IMG/VR virus record: IMGVR_UViG_3300016476_000505
Location: 1-26,108 of that record
Strand: one strand, 5' to 3'
Length of the DNA: 26,108 bases
Origin: a virus
The notes beneath the pieces were generated by a model, which ran no database searches, had not been told where the DNA came from, and saw nothing but the letters and a program-made list of their open reading frames with translations. Below are positions 8,897 through 17,892 of this stretch, piece by piece. The position numbers and the translations under genes were made by a program. Within the stretch, counting starts at the first letter, position 1; each line of letters opens with the position of its first letter.

Positions 8897-8935
8897 TGAT
8901 TTCTCTAGTGTTGTATAATGGTAGTGAGTGGATAA

Positions 8936-9223
8936 ATGTCATTCACTACCATTGTACCGATAGGAGCAAACGCTGTGAGTACTGCTAAAAAGACTACGAA
9001 GCCACAAATCGAAATCGAAATCGACATCGACAAACTGATGGTTGAAGACTTGGAAATTATCGACAAGGCGACCCGACGTGAAGCGTCGTTGAGTGACGAA
9101 ATCGAAGTATTTGACCGTGTGGTTGTTGGCGGTGTACGTGGCAAATATAAGGCATCGCAGATTCGCATGATTCGTGATGCGGTATTGGATGCGTTAGTAA
9201 GTGATGTTAACGACCCAAACTGA
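8936..9223 (+). CDS. Tail assembly chaperone (gpG-like)
   Basis: Small acidic protein directly between the tube and tape measure genes. Ends at TGA right after a slippery heptamer. Confidence 0.7.
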   Translation: MSFTTIVPIGANAVSTAKKTTKPQIEIEIDIDKLMVEDLEIIDKATRREASLSDEIEVFDRVVVGGVRGKYKASQIRMIRDAVLDALVSDVNDPN

Positions 9224-9432
9224 TTAAGCGGTTGTATGCGTACTTCTACACAAGTGGCAAGCAACCGCCTGAATATCGAACGTACTTTTGGTGCATGAAA
9301 CTGCAATGCACACCGCAAGAACTACCACCTGCCAAAACTATCCTGTTATGGGAGAAGATTATGAGCATTGAATCAAAGGTGGCAAAAGCCCGTGCTGATT
9401 CTGCCCGAAGTAAAGCAAAAGGTGGTAGATAG
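8936..9432 (+). CDS. Tail assembly chaperone frameshift product (gpGT-like), made by a -1 slip at 9214..9220
   Basis: The -1 frame is open from 9211 to TAG 9430..9432, directly abutting the tape measure ATG at 9433. The heptamer C_CCA_AAC is in the correct zero-frame register. The predicted fusion is about 165 aa. Confidence 0.7.
9214..9220 (+). promoter_or_regulatory. -1 programmed ribosomal frameshift slippery heptamer CCCAAAC (X_XXY_YYZ)
   Basis: The zero-frame codons are gaC CCA AAC TGA. After the slip the ribosome reads CCC AAA then CTG ATT AAG and onward into the frame of track ORF 9232..9432. Confidence 0.7.
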
Positions 9433-11964
9433 ATGGCGCAAGATGTTGTAATTAGGTTTGTAAGCCAAGACAATGTCACGCAAACTGCAAACAAAGTCGC
9501 AGGGAGCATTGAAAAAGTTGATAGTGCTGGCAAAAGTGCTGGCAAAAGTTTTTCGAACCTCACATCGTCGTTTACTGCGATTAGTGGTGGGGTAACTGCG
9601 GTTCTTGCATTGGGGGCTGCTGTTGGTGCGGTTGCAGTAAAAGCCACCAACGTCTATGACAAGTTTGAAAATGTTCGCAAGTCATTGGGGTTGATGACAG
9701 GTTCAAAGCAAATTGGCGACGAACTTTTTCAGACCATGAAGAACCTTGCCGAACGTACTCCATTTTCTTTTGACGATATTGCGCAGGGAACGCAAAAACT
9801 GTTGGCAATGGGTTTTGCCGCCGAACAGATTCCTGAATTGATGACCACCATTGGTGACACTGCCGCCGCAACAGGTAGTGGTGCTGATGGTGTAAATCGC
9901 ATTACCCTTGCACTTGGGCAAATGCAGGCAAAGGGTAAGATTACCACCGAAGAGATGATGCAGTTGCAGGAACTTGGTATTCCTGCATTTCAGTTGTTGG
10001 CGGACGCAACGGGATATACCACCCAAGAATTGATGGATATGGTATCAAAGGGTATTGTTCCTGCTGGCGAAAACATGAACATTCTTGTTGACGCAATGCA
10101 GGGAGAGTACGGTGGTATGATGGCAGAGCAAATGGGCACTGCTACACAAGCGCAATCAAACTTCTACGATGCTGTTGATAATTCTCTGGCTAGACTTGGT
10201 GAGTTGTTGAGCCCTGCTACGATTAGTGGTTGGGGTACAATGACTACTGCCATTAACGGGGCAACTGACGCAACCATAGGGTTTGCTGATTGGCTGAAAA
10301 AGGCTTACGACAATTACAACTACAATGTCGAAGTCAACAAGGAAATAGCAAAGAACCAAGGTTGGTTTACGGGGATGACCGTTGAGCAAGCAAGGGCAAA
10401 TGTTGACGCAAGAAGGGCGCAAGAACAAGTAAATCAAGCAGTGCAAAGTGGTGCTGGTTCAACATACGCCGCCGCTTATGCTACGAACATGTACGCATCG
10501 TCAACAGGGAAGTCAACAAAAGAGTTGGTGGTGAATACCACTGCTGCCAAGGGTAGTACTTCTGCCAACAACAACTTGGCAAACAGCGAGCGACAGTTGA
10601 AGACCGCTGTTGATTCGTTGCGTATGTCATACCTGAATATTGCAAGTGCGCAACGTGATGTAAAACGAACACGGGAAGCGTTGGAGGATGCGGCTAATCC
10701 TGAAACGCTTGAACAATATGCGATTGCGGCTGACAGGGCGTTCTACAACAATGAATTGCTCAAAAACGAAATCACCCGTATGAAGACACGTCAAACCCAA
10801 GTCCGAAAGGAATTGGAACGTGGTTCGTTGACCCAAGAAGAACGCAATGCGTTGATGGTTGAAGATGCGCAAATCACCGAAGATTTGATTGGTAAAAATC
10901 TTGACATGCGTGAATCTGTCATTAACTTGCACAAGGCGCAAAAGGACTTGGATAGAGCCCGTGACCCTGCACGCATTGAGGAGTACGCAGATGCGCACAC
11001 GGTGGCAAATATTCGGTTACATGAATTGCAAGCCACGCAATCTGACACTATTACTACCGTTGAAAACCTAAATGGCACGTTGGGCGCAAACGTTAATGTG
11101 ATGGGCGTATTGGGGAATGCTGCTTCGTTGACCGCTACACCGCTTGACGGAATACGGGTTGAAGGTGCTGACATTACAAAAACCTATGGTGGCACTGGCG
11201 GTACAAATGCAACATTGCAATCAACCGCAACATACGTGCAACAAATTGCCGTCAATGCACCAAACGCATCTGCTGGAATTGGAAAACTAAATGAAGCGTT
11301 TGGGCAACTGAATGTCGGAAACTTAACAGGTAGTTCGTCTTCATTGACAGCGATTGGTGCGGCGTTTGGTGCAATATCGACAGGTGTGTACAATCTGTCA
11401 CGCAGTGATATGAGTACCACGCTAAATGAATTGTACAATCGAACAAAGCCATTGACTGAATCTATATATGTACTTGGAATCACTTCAATGGCATCGGCGT
11501 TTAGCCTACTTGCATCGTCAATTAAATTATTGGCAGGAATTGATTACAACAAGATTATAGAAGGATTGGCTGGTATTAACCCGTCAATGGTAAGTGATTC
11601 CTCAAAACTTGCACGATTAGTTTCTAATCCATCAGCAGTTTCAGCAGCATTGTACATTGGTGCTGAATCAAGGGATGCTAGCCCTACTAAACTTGGTGAG
11701 TTTATGAGTGCTGGGTTTGGTTTGAGCCAAAAATGGTCAAACGAAGTATATGACATGTGGGATTTCTTGGATAAGAACAATCGCTCACAAGGCATGGGTA
11801 TTGGAACGCAAACAGGAATGAGTGCTGATACTGCATTGGCTAATCGTGGTGCTGGTCAAAGTATTGTAATCAACTTGAACTATGGCAATGCACCTGATAG
11901 CACCAATCCACTTCGTGATGTAGAGAATTACATTCAAGCGCAAGGAGGGTTGTTGCGTATATGA
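9433..11964 (+). CDS. Tail tape measure protein
   Basis: 843 aa. The core 'TPFSFDDIAQGTQKLLAMGF...GQMQAKGKITTEEMMQLQELGIPAFQLL' is typical of TP901-type tape measure proteins. Long coiled-coil middle and hydrophobic segments. Confidence 0.9.
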   Translation: MAQDVVIRFVSQDNVTQTANKVAGSIEKVDSAGKSAGKSFSNLTSSFTAISGGVTAVLALGAAVGAVAVKATNVYDKFENVRKSLGLMTGSKQIGDELFQTMKNLAERTPFSFDDIAQGTQKLLAMGFAAEQIPELMTTIGDTAAATGSGADGVNRITLALGQMQAKGKITTEEMMQLQELGIPAFQLLADATGYTTQELMDMVSKGIVPAGENMNILVDAMQGEYGGMMAEQMGTATQAQSNFYDAVDNSLARLGELLSPATISGWGTMTTAINGATDATIGFADWLKKAYDNYNYNVEVNKEIAKNQGWFTGMTVEQARANVDARRAQEQVNQAVQSGAGSTYAAAYATNMYASSTGKSTKELVVNTTAAKGSTSANNNLANSERQLKTAVDSLRMSYLNIASAQRDVKRTREALEDAANPETLEQYAIAADRAFYNNELLKNEITRMKTRQTQVRKELERGSLTQEERNALMVEDAQITEDLIGKNLDMRESVINLHKAQKDLDRARDPARIEEYADAHTVANIRLHELQATQSDTITTVENLNGTLGANVNVMGVLGNAASLTATPLDGIRVEGADITKTYGGTGGTNATLQSTATYVQQIAVNAPNASAGIGKLNEAFGQLNVGNLTGSSSSLTAIGAAFGAISTGVYNLSRSDMSTTLNELYNRTKPLTESIYVLGITSMASAFSLLASSIKLLAGIDYNKIIEGLAGINPSMVSDSSKLARLVSNPSAVSAALYIGAESRDASPTKLGEFMSAGFGLSQKWSNEVYDMWDFLDKNNRSQGMGIGTQTGMSADTALANRGAGQSIVINLNYGNAPDSTNPLRDVENYIQAQGGLLRI

Positions 11965-12923
11965 CCTACACTGCCACAACGTTCGGTATTACATATACTG
12001 TAAGAAACAAGACGTATACCCTAGACGGGTATGATGCAACCACGGGATTAACTATCAACATGGTTAATATGAGTGGTTGGGGATTACCTGCTATTACACC
12101 CATTGTCAACCGTGGTGCGCAACAAGATGGTGATACCCAAGTAGGGTATCGGCTAGACGCACGGACATTTACGCTGTCATTGTTTGTGGATAATGACAAT
12201 TACTTTGATTACCTACGTTGCCGTGAAACGTTGGCATCAATGTTTGCCCCAAGCATGAGCAAGGGAACGATTGCACTAACGTACACCGCAACAAATGGTG
12301 GTATCACGCAAACAATTAGACGGTCTATTGACGGCTACATTGTTGGTGGTTTATCATTTGATGATGATGTAAGCAATGGGTGGTTCGTACTTGCCAACGT
12401 GCAATTTCGTGCTGACGACCCAACGTTTTATGACCCTACGCCAAATAGTGTAACCGCAACAGCGACTATTACAGGTGATGCTACACCAATTCCCAAGACA
12501 TACCCTGTTCCGTATGGTTCGGATGTGATTAACCAACAAACAGTGGTGAATTACAGTGGTTCTTACAGTACATATCCAATCATAACTATCAACACTGGAT
12601 TGCATGGATTTACTTCAATGACAATCACAAACTTGACAACTGGAAAGAGTCTTTCCTTTGCAAACTTGGATGCAAACAATATTTATACGGTTGATTTGCG
12701 CTACGGTTTCAAAACGATTGTAGACCAAAATGGAAACAATGCGTTTGAAAAGGTGGTTGCTGGTAGTAATCTTGCGTCATTCAATATTGCAGATTCACGA
12801 ACCGTCAATGATGGAATTAACGTGATTTATGTTGATGCGATTTTAGGTAATCCATCAATTCCAACAGTTGGTAGCGGAGAGTCTGTTGTAATTTCCTACT
12901 TTAATCGTTATTCTGGTATTTAA
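11961..12923 (+). CDS. Distal tail protein (Dit-like)
   Basis: ATGA overlap with the tape measure gene. Size and position are typical of siphovirus Dit. Assignment is mainly positional. Confidence 0.55.
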   Translation: MTYTATTFGITYTVRNKTYTLDGYDATTGLTINMVNMSGWGLPAITPIVNRGAQQDGDTQVGYRLDARTFTLSLFVDNDNYFDYLRCRETLASMFAPSMSKGTIALTYTATNGGITQTIRRSIDGYIVGGLSFDDDVSNGWFVLANVQFRADDPTFYDPTPNSVTATATITGDATPIPKTYPVPYGSDVINQQTVVNYSGSYSTYPIITINTGLHGFTSMTITNLTTGKSLSFANLDANNIYTVDLRYGFKTIVDQNGNNAFEKVVAGSNLASFNIADSRTVNDGINVIYVDAILGNPSIPTVGSGESVVISYFNRYSGI

Positions 12924-12934
12924 GGAGTACATTT

Positions 12935-13942
12935 ATGGCAGAGCAATCGCTTGGATGGTCAACAAATGGAGTTGGCGATGGTGTTAATGGTGGATATAAC
13001 ACCGCACGCATGACCGCAATGGAAAATAAAACATTTAGCGACGGTGTGTTCTTGGGTGGTGGCAATTTTGTTGCAACCAACAATACTACTACGTTTACAA
13101 TCGCTGATGGTTCGGCATTGGTTAATGGGTATTTTTATGAAAATACTAGCCCTGTAACTTTCACGCCTGCATGGTCAACGGGTGTAAGATATGTTTGCGT
13201 TATTGCAAACTATGGAACTTCACCAATAACTGTTACGCAGTGTATTGCGGCAAACAATCCATCAGGTACTACCATTGCCCCATATACTGTTCGTCTTGGA
13301 GTAGTAGAAACGCTTACAGCACCTGCAAACGTGAAGTACATTCCATTATGGGAAATGACTAGGGAAATTACTGGTATAACAGCGATGTTGGATATACGTC
13401 TTTGGGCAAACAGCCCTGCGCAAGCATATGGCGTGTTAAACCCAATAAGCCCGTTCACCAACACTGGGTTTGCTTACATGACCAAAAGTACTACGCAAGC
13501 AATCGCTAATAACACTACTACTCTTATCACTGCTTGGAGTGCAAATCAGGGTAGTGGTGATGGTATTTGGACACCAAATATGACATCTGGTCAAATTGAG
13601 TTCAATGGAAATCGTGCGGCTATCATGTTTGATGCGTTAGTGAATTGGGATAACAACACTACAGGTAGTAGGCAGTTGGAAATCTGGACTTCACTTACAG
13701 GTCAGACTTGGGCATATGGAATGAACCAATACCATAGCACGGGCATGTTGGCAACCAACGTATCAATTCTTGGACCCGCTAGCACCACTGCGCAACGCTT
13801 TAGTGGAATAATCATGTTGTATAGACCTGTTATCACCGTTGCATTTACCAACCCTGCTGGTATTGGATTGGCGGTGCGACAGAATAGTGGTGCAAGTCGT
13901 AACATCGTAAGTGCGCAACTTGCTGTTGCTAGAATTGGGTAG
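12935..13942 (+). CDS. Minor tail / putative fiber or receptor-binding protein
   Basis: RBS 'taaggagtacatttATG'. Asn/Thr/Gly-rich and beta-rich. The N-terminal 'GWSTNGVGDG...ADGSALVNGYFYEN' resembles minor tail proteins I recall. Unverified. Confidence 0.4.
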   Translation: MAEQSLGWSTNGVGDGVNGGYNTARMTAMENKTFSDGVFLGGGNFVATNNTTTFTIADGSALVNGYFYENTSPVTFTPAWSTGVRYVCVIANYGTSPITVTQCIAANNPSGTTIAPYTVRLGVVETLTAPANVKYIPLWEMTREITGITAMLDIRLWANSPAQAYGVLNPISPFTNTGFAYMTKSTTQAIANNTTTLITAWSANQGSGDGIWTPNMTSGQIEFNGNRAAIMFDALVNWDNNTTGSRQLEIWTSLTGQTWAYGMNQYHSTGMLATNVSILGPASTTAQRFSGIIMLYRPVITVAFTNPAGIGLAVRQNSGASRNIVSAQLAVARIG

Positions 13943-13944
13943 TA

Positions 13945-15039
13945 ATGGTTGAATATACCATGAACATCTACTCTGCGAGCGGTACACCGCTAGGAATCAT
14001 TACTGATTTCAGCGAAATACAGATTGCAGGGATTGTGAACGGGTATGACGTGTTGAATTGTACGGTGAAATATTCTTCACCGTACACTTCATACTTGGTG
14101 CAAGGCAATGTGGTGGAAGTCTACCGACAGAACACCGACATTGGCATTACATCACACTTGGTATTTTCTGGTTTCATACAAGGAACGTCATTTACATCGT
14201 CACAACAAAAACAGTGGTCGATTGTTGCGTTTGGGTATGAACACATTCTCTCCTACCGTGTGATTGCGTGGGATGAGGCAATCGAAAACGTCACCCAATG
14301 GAATAACGTCTACGCAAGTACGATTATTGACAATATCCTAGACAAGAACTTCCGATTAGGTTCACAAACCGTTGGTGTTGGCGGTCGTGCGGTTGACGGG
14401 TATATCTTGGGATTTCCAACGGTGAATCAGTTGGGTATTGGGAATCAGTTGTCGATTTCTGGCGTGTCATACAACAACTGTTTGACCGCAATCCAAAATG
14501 TCGCCACACAAGGGAATATTGACTTTTCACTAACACGTACATACTATGGTGGAATGAACTTCTTGGTTGGGAGTCCAATACTTGGTACTGATAGGACTGA
14601 TAGTGTTGTGTTTTCTATTGAAGCCGACAGTATTTCTTCTCTCACCGTGTCATATGACTACACACAGTATGCTAATACTGCCATTGTGCGAGGATATGGG
14701 AGCGAAAATAGTGTAGTGCGAGTTGTACGTCCTGCTACACCGCTAACAGGTCTATCAATGCGTGAAACGTTTGTTGATGATAGTCCATCTGGTAACAACA
14801 CAGTATTGCTTTCAGCAACAGGTGACTTGGCACTGTCCGAAATCGCATTGAACACCCGTACTGTTGACGTGCAAGTTATTCAGCAACCACAGGTGCTTTA
14901 TGGTAAACACTATTTTCTTGGCGACTTGGTTTCGGTTGACATTGGCGATGACATCATTCCAATGCTGATTCACTCTGTTCGATTGTCTTTCAATAGTAGT
15001 GGTGTAGAATCAGTGAACGTGGAGTTAAACGATGAGTAA
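13945..15039 (+). CDS. Tail-tip / baseplate hub-like protein (siphovirus Gp37/Tal N-terminal-like)
   Basis: 'MNIYSASGTPLGIITDFSEIQIAGIVNGYDVLNCTV' resembles the start of Gp37-like tail proteins. The true start may be ATG 13960. Confidence 0.45.
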   Translation: MVEYTMNIYSASGTPLGIITDFSEIQIAGIVNGYDVLNCTVKYSSPYTSYLVQGNVVEVYRQNTDIGITSHLVFSGFIQGTSFTSSQQKQWSIVAFGYEHILSYRVIAWDEAIENVTQWNNVYASTIIDNILDKNFRLGSQTVGVGGRAVDGYILGFPTVNQLGIGNQLSISGVSYNNCLTAIQNVATQGNIDFSLTRTYYGGMNFLVGSPILGTDRTDSVVFSIEADSISSLTVSYDYTQYANTAIVRGYGSENSVVRVVRPATPLTGLSMRETFVDDSPSGNNTVLLSATGDLALSEIALNTRTVDVQVIQQPQVLYGKHYFLGDLVSVDIGDDIIPMLIHSVRLSFNSSGVESVNVELNDE

Positions 15040-15523
15040 AAGCAAAGTTATCCAAGCGTTATCGCAAACCCAAAAACAAGTAAATGACATTAGTCGCATT
15101 CCGTTGTATACATGTGGTGCGACTATTACCCATTCCGTTACCCGTACATTGACAGGTGCGGCTCAAATACTCCCATTTGACACGGTGATTCGCACTTCTG
15201 GTATTGCATGGAATGGTACTACGTGGACGGTTGGGGCATCTGGGATGTATGCGTTGCATTTGTCGTTTGTAACAGGTGCTGCTGTTGGGTGCTTTATTCA
15301 AATCACTTTAGACGGTTTGCCAACAAGTCCTGTTGCAACGTTCACATCAGCGCAAGCAGGAACAACACAAGCGTTTAATCTGATTCGGTATTTCACTACA
15401 GGGCAAACCGTGTCGATTATCCTAAACTTTGGTACAGGTACAACGATGTTTAAAACCAATGAGGGATTGACAGGTGAGTCACCAATACTTACCATCTGCC
15501 AACTAACACCAAAAATAGTGTAG
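15032..15523 (+). CDS. Distal tail protein with a C1q/TNF-like jelly-roll signature (putative receptor-binding tip)
   Basis: GGAG lies 8 nt upstream. 'ILPFDTVIRTSGIAWNGTTWTVGASGMYALHLSF' follows the C1q-like pattern F-D-x-V-x3-G-x-Y/W-x5-F/W-T-x-P/G-x-G-x-Y-x-F/L. It is the last gene of the late block. Confidence 0.4.
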   Translation: MSKSKVIQALSQTQKQVNDISRIPLYTCGATITHSVTRTLTGAAQILPFDTVIRTSGIAWNGTTWTVGASGMYALHLSFVTGAAVGCFIQITLDGLPTSPVATFTSAQAGTTQAFNLIRYFTTGQTVSIILNFGTGTTMFKTNEGLTGESPILTICQLTPKIV

Positions 15524-15554
15524 GAACTATCAAGAATTACTTGACCGTTCCTAC
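15520..15554 (-). terminator. Intrinsic terminator between the convergent blocks
   Basis: GTAGGAAC (15520..15527) pairs with GTTCCTAC (15547..15554), with an inner tcaag/cttga stem. On the minus strand it is followed by 'actattttt'. A second hairpin, aatggga/tcccatt, lies at 15571..15590. Confidence 0.65.
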
Positions 15555-15577
15555 AATGTTATGTAAACCTAATGGGA

Positions 15578-16273
15578 TTATTTTCCCATTTCCTCTATCA
15601 TGACTTGCCACAAGATACCATAATGGTCTTCGCAGATAGTGTTTACCGCTTTTGCGTACCGTTGGATAATTCCCTGTGCATCGGGAGCGTTCCGTAGGTT
15701 CACAAAGTGGTACAACGCTTGTGGACTTGCCGTCCAAAAGAACTCTGTCATTGCACCCATTGGCAGGATAAATCTGGCTTCTTCGGTTGCAATTCCATCG
15801 TCAATCATTTCGTTGTATAACTTATATACTTGTTCATTTAATGCGTGCCATTTGAGCAAGTAGTCGTTGCCACGCTTGTGGATTTCACTACTTGCACCCT
15901 GCTTTTTGGTTGGTGCTTGGCAGTGGAGTACTTCTGGTACGTAGACATCGGTATTTCGCACATAACGACCACTGACTTCGTTAAAACCCGTGTCTTTGAA
16001 CGTGTAATCACTCCCTACGATATGCTTGTACCACTGCATTGCAATAACTTTTGGGCAGCGAACTTGCAGCGTGATTGGTGAGTGTCGGAACGGTGATGTG
16101 TGAAAGTGTTTTGCCAACCACCGCAACAACTTTTCATCTTTGGGAGAAAACTCCCCAACCACTTTTGCGAAAGAAGCCCGTGCGACGTTGACCGCTTTCA
16201 ACGCCGCAGGCATCTTCATTGTGTCATACAAGTTTACCCAACCATAACCACTGTCTTCAATTCCGATGCGCAT
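15578..16273 (-). CDS. thyX: Flavin-dependent thymidylate synthase homolog (ThyX family, divergent)
   Basis: 'HTSPFRH', 'FNEVSGRYV', 'EEARFILPMGAMTEF' and 'LRNAPDAQ' align with ThyX blocks. The canonical RHR is 'KHI' here, followed by an ~8-aa insertion. Start chosen at ATG 16273 with 'aggagtaaaaATG'. The track start at 16306 lies inside dcd. Confidence 0.7.
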   Translation of the reverse strand: MRIGIEDSGYGWVNLYDTMKMPAALKAVNVARASFAKVVGEFSPKDEKLLRWLAKHFHTSPFRHSPITLQVRCPKVIAMQWYKHIVGSDYTFKDTGFNEVSGRYVRNTDVYVPEVLHCQAPTKKQGASSEIHKRGNDYLLKWHALNEQVYKLYNEMIDDGIATEEARFILPMGAMTEFFWTASPQALYHFVNLRNAPDAQGIIQRYAKAVNTICEDHYGILWQVMIEEMGK

Positions 16274-16281
16274 TTTTACTC

Positions 16282-16893
16282 CTACTTTGGTAGTGTTGGG
16301 CGACATTCTTGATTCTGATACTTCCCTTTGATTTCCTCGTATGACAGGTTACATGGGTTACCACGAAAGAATTGCGCTTGGGCAATTCCCTCGTATGCAA
16401 ACACTTTGATTGGCATATCGGTAAGGTTCGCTAATTCAATGGTCAAATACCCCTGCCAACCTGCTTCCATTGGCGTACAATTTACCATTAGCCCACACCG
16501 TGCATATGTTGACTTACCAACCACGATTGCGGACACATTGATTGGCAATGAGAAGCGTTCTACGCTACACCCTAGTGCATACCCCCGTGGTGGTAAAATG
16601 TAGTACTCCTCGCCCGTCTGGTGGTCTTTATGGGGGTGTATTTCTTTGACGTTCATACGGGCAAATTGCTTTGGGTTTATTGGCGGTGATTCATCGTTGC
16701 CACGGAACGTTGGGGTTTCGAACAAGTACATGTAGCCACCTGCCAAACGCATATCGTACCCGAAGTGCCCTACACCGTAAGACAGTACCGAACGGGTAGT
16801 AATTGGTGAGTACGAAACTTTTTCCTCAACAAACGGGAATATCATTCCTTTGTTTGCGTACTCTGCGATTTCCCTGTCATTCATGATTGTCAT
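16282..16893 (-). CDS. dcd: dCTP deaminase (Dcd/dUTPase superfamily)
   Basis: 'SYGVGHFGYDMRL', 'GKSTYARCGLMVNCTPMEAGWQGYLTIELAN' and 'GIAQAQFF' match Dcd signature blocks, including the catalytic Glu context. Confidence 0.8.
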   Translation of the reverse strand: MTIMNDREIAEYANKGMIFPFVEEKVSYSPITTRSVLSYGVGHFGYDMRLAGGYMYLFETPTFRGNDESPPINPKQFARMNVKEIHPHKDHQTGEEYYILPPRGYALGCSVERFSLPINVSAIVVGKSTYARCGLMVNCTPMEAGWQGYLTIELANLTDMPIKVFAYEGIAQAQFFRGNPCNLSYEEIKGKYQNQECRPTLPK

Positions 16894-17113
16894 CAGCGTC
16901 TTCCCTCATTTGTGTTGCAAGTCCAATTACATCTTCTATGATAGCATCAATTCTTTCTTTGTCATTTTCGCACCTGAATAGTCTACCACGCATCACCACT
17001 TCGGCTTCGTCTTCACCATACCGCATGATTTCGTAGGTGTTCTTGTTGATGTAGACTTGGTACTCGTAGATTCCGTACACGATATTTTTTGCGAATAGAT
17101 TTCTCCAACACAT
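16877..17113 (-). CDS. Hypothetical protein (78 aa)
   Basis: RBS 'aggagtataactATG'. Coupled to dcd by a 17-nt overlap. Confidence 0.5.
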   Translation of the reverse strand: MCWRNLFAKNIVYGIYEYQVYINKNTYEIMRYGEDEAEVVMRGRLFRCENDKERIDAIIEDVIGLATQMREDADDNHE

Positions 17114-17115
17114 AG

Positions 17116-17385
17116 TTATACTCCTTGCTGTAATACTTCAATGGCTTCTTTTGCGGTACGAACAACATGCACTGTCCCTTTCCAATCACCATGCCACTTG
17201 ACTTGGGGTTCTGTAAGTTTCCCCTTTAATGTCTTGACTTCGATTAGGTAGTTGCGATTGCGCCACCCTACCAACAAATCTGGCACTCCCTGTCCGACAG
17301 GTGCAAGCGATTGAACACTTGCACCGATAGCCCGTAACGCTTCAACAACGGCTTTTTGATTTAAGTCTACTTTGGCATTTCTCAT
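17116..17385 (-). CDS. VRR-NUC domain nuclease
   Basis: 'GVPDLLVGWRNRNYLIEVKTLKGKLTEPQVKW' carries the PD-(D/E)xK-type VRR-NUC core (PDL...E-V-K...Q). ATGA overlap with the upstream gene. Confidence 0.75.
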   Translation of the reverse strand: MRNAKVDLNQKAVVEALRAIGASVQSLAPVGQGVPDLLVGWRNRNYLIEVKTLKGKLTEPQVKWHGDWKGTVHVVRTAKEAIEVLQQGV

Positions 17386-17834
17386 TCTTTTCCCCTACTC
17401 TTTGGATTAACATTCCACTTGCGAATCCACGCTTCAAATGTTGGAGTACGAACCGTAATTGACTTAAAGAGAATATCCTCGTAGCGTTGCATTGTGTTGA
17501 CGTGATTCCACCACGCATCAAGTGTTGCTGATACCGCATCACCATTGGCAATCGTACGGTGCAAACGGGCTTCAAATCCTTTAATGGCATCTTTGCGTTG
17601 GGTAGGAAATGCAATATCCTGAATCTCACGCCAAACAGTCCAAACTCTGTCTACCCGTTTTGCGGACGCATCGTCAAGCGTTGCGTACAACGTGGTGTAT
17701 GACTCCCCGTATGCTGATGCGTTGGTGTACGTGTCTTCGATAATTGTTGGCAGATTAGCCACGCATTGCTCGCAACAATTCAATGTAGCATTCCCAATCT
17801 TTGTCATTACGCTATTACACAGTGTGCATTTCAT
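17382..17834 (-). CDS. Hypothetical protein with an N-terminal zinc ribbon (CxxC...CxxC)
   Basis: 'MKCTLCNSVMTKIGNATLNCCEQC'. Start chosen at ATG 17834, 7 nt after AGGAG. The track's extension to 17873 runs through the intergenic hairpin. Confidence 0.55.
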   Translation of the reverse strand: MKCTLCNSVMTKIGNATLNCCEQCVANLPTIIEDTYTNASAYGESYTTLYATLDDASAKRVDRVWTVWREIQDIAFPTQRKDAIKGFEARLHRTIANGDAVSATLDAWWNHVNTMQRYEDILFKSITVRTPTFEAWIRKWNVNPKSRGKE

Positions 17835-17853
17835 TGTCATTCTCCTTTGATGT

Positions 17854-17881
17854 GGTAGCGTGTGGATTGCCACACGCTACC
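17854..17881 (-). other. Perfect 12-bp GC-rich hairpin with a 4-nt loop between the primase-helicase gene and the next gene
   Basis: GGTAGCGTGTGG-attg-CCACACGCTACC. No U-tract follows on the minus strand. Possible RNA processing, attenuation or stability element. Confidence 0.6.
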
Positions 17882-17892
17882 CTGATTACTTG

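Noticed and set aside
8905-8918. 'tgtataat' as an internal promoter before the chaperone gene
   Set aside because: The -10-like element has no acceptable -35 at 16-18 nt. It lies in a 39-nt gap inside the late operon where read-through is sufficient.
9008-9033. Hexanucleotide repeat (atcgaa)2(atcgac)2 in the chaperone gene, sharing 'gaaatcgaaatcgaca' with 5331..5346 in the protease domain
   Set aside because: Both simply encode Glu/Ile/Asp runs (EIEIDID and EIEID) with the genome's preferred codons. They are too short to argue for recombination or phase variation.
9232-9432. Stand-alone 66-aa gene with a TTG start
   Set aside because: It has no RBS and is in the -1 frame relative to the chaperone, with a canonical slippery heptamer just upstream. 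It is better explained as the frameshift extension of the gpG-like protein.
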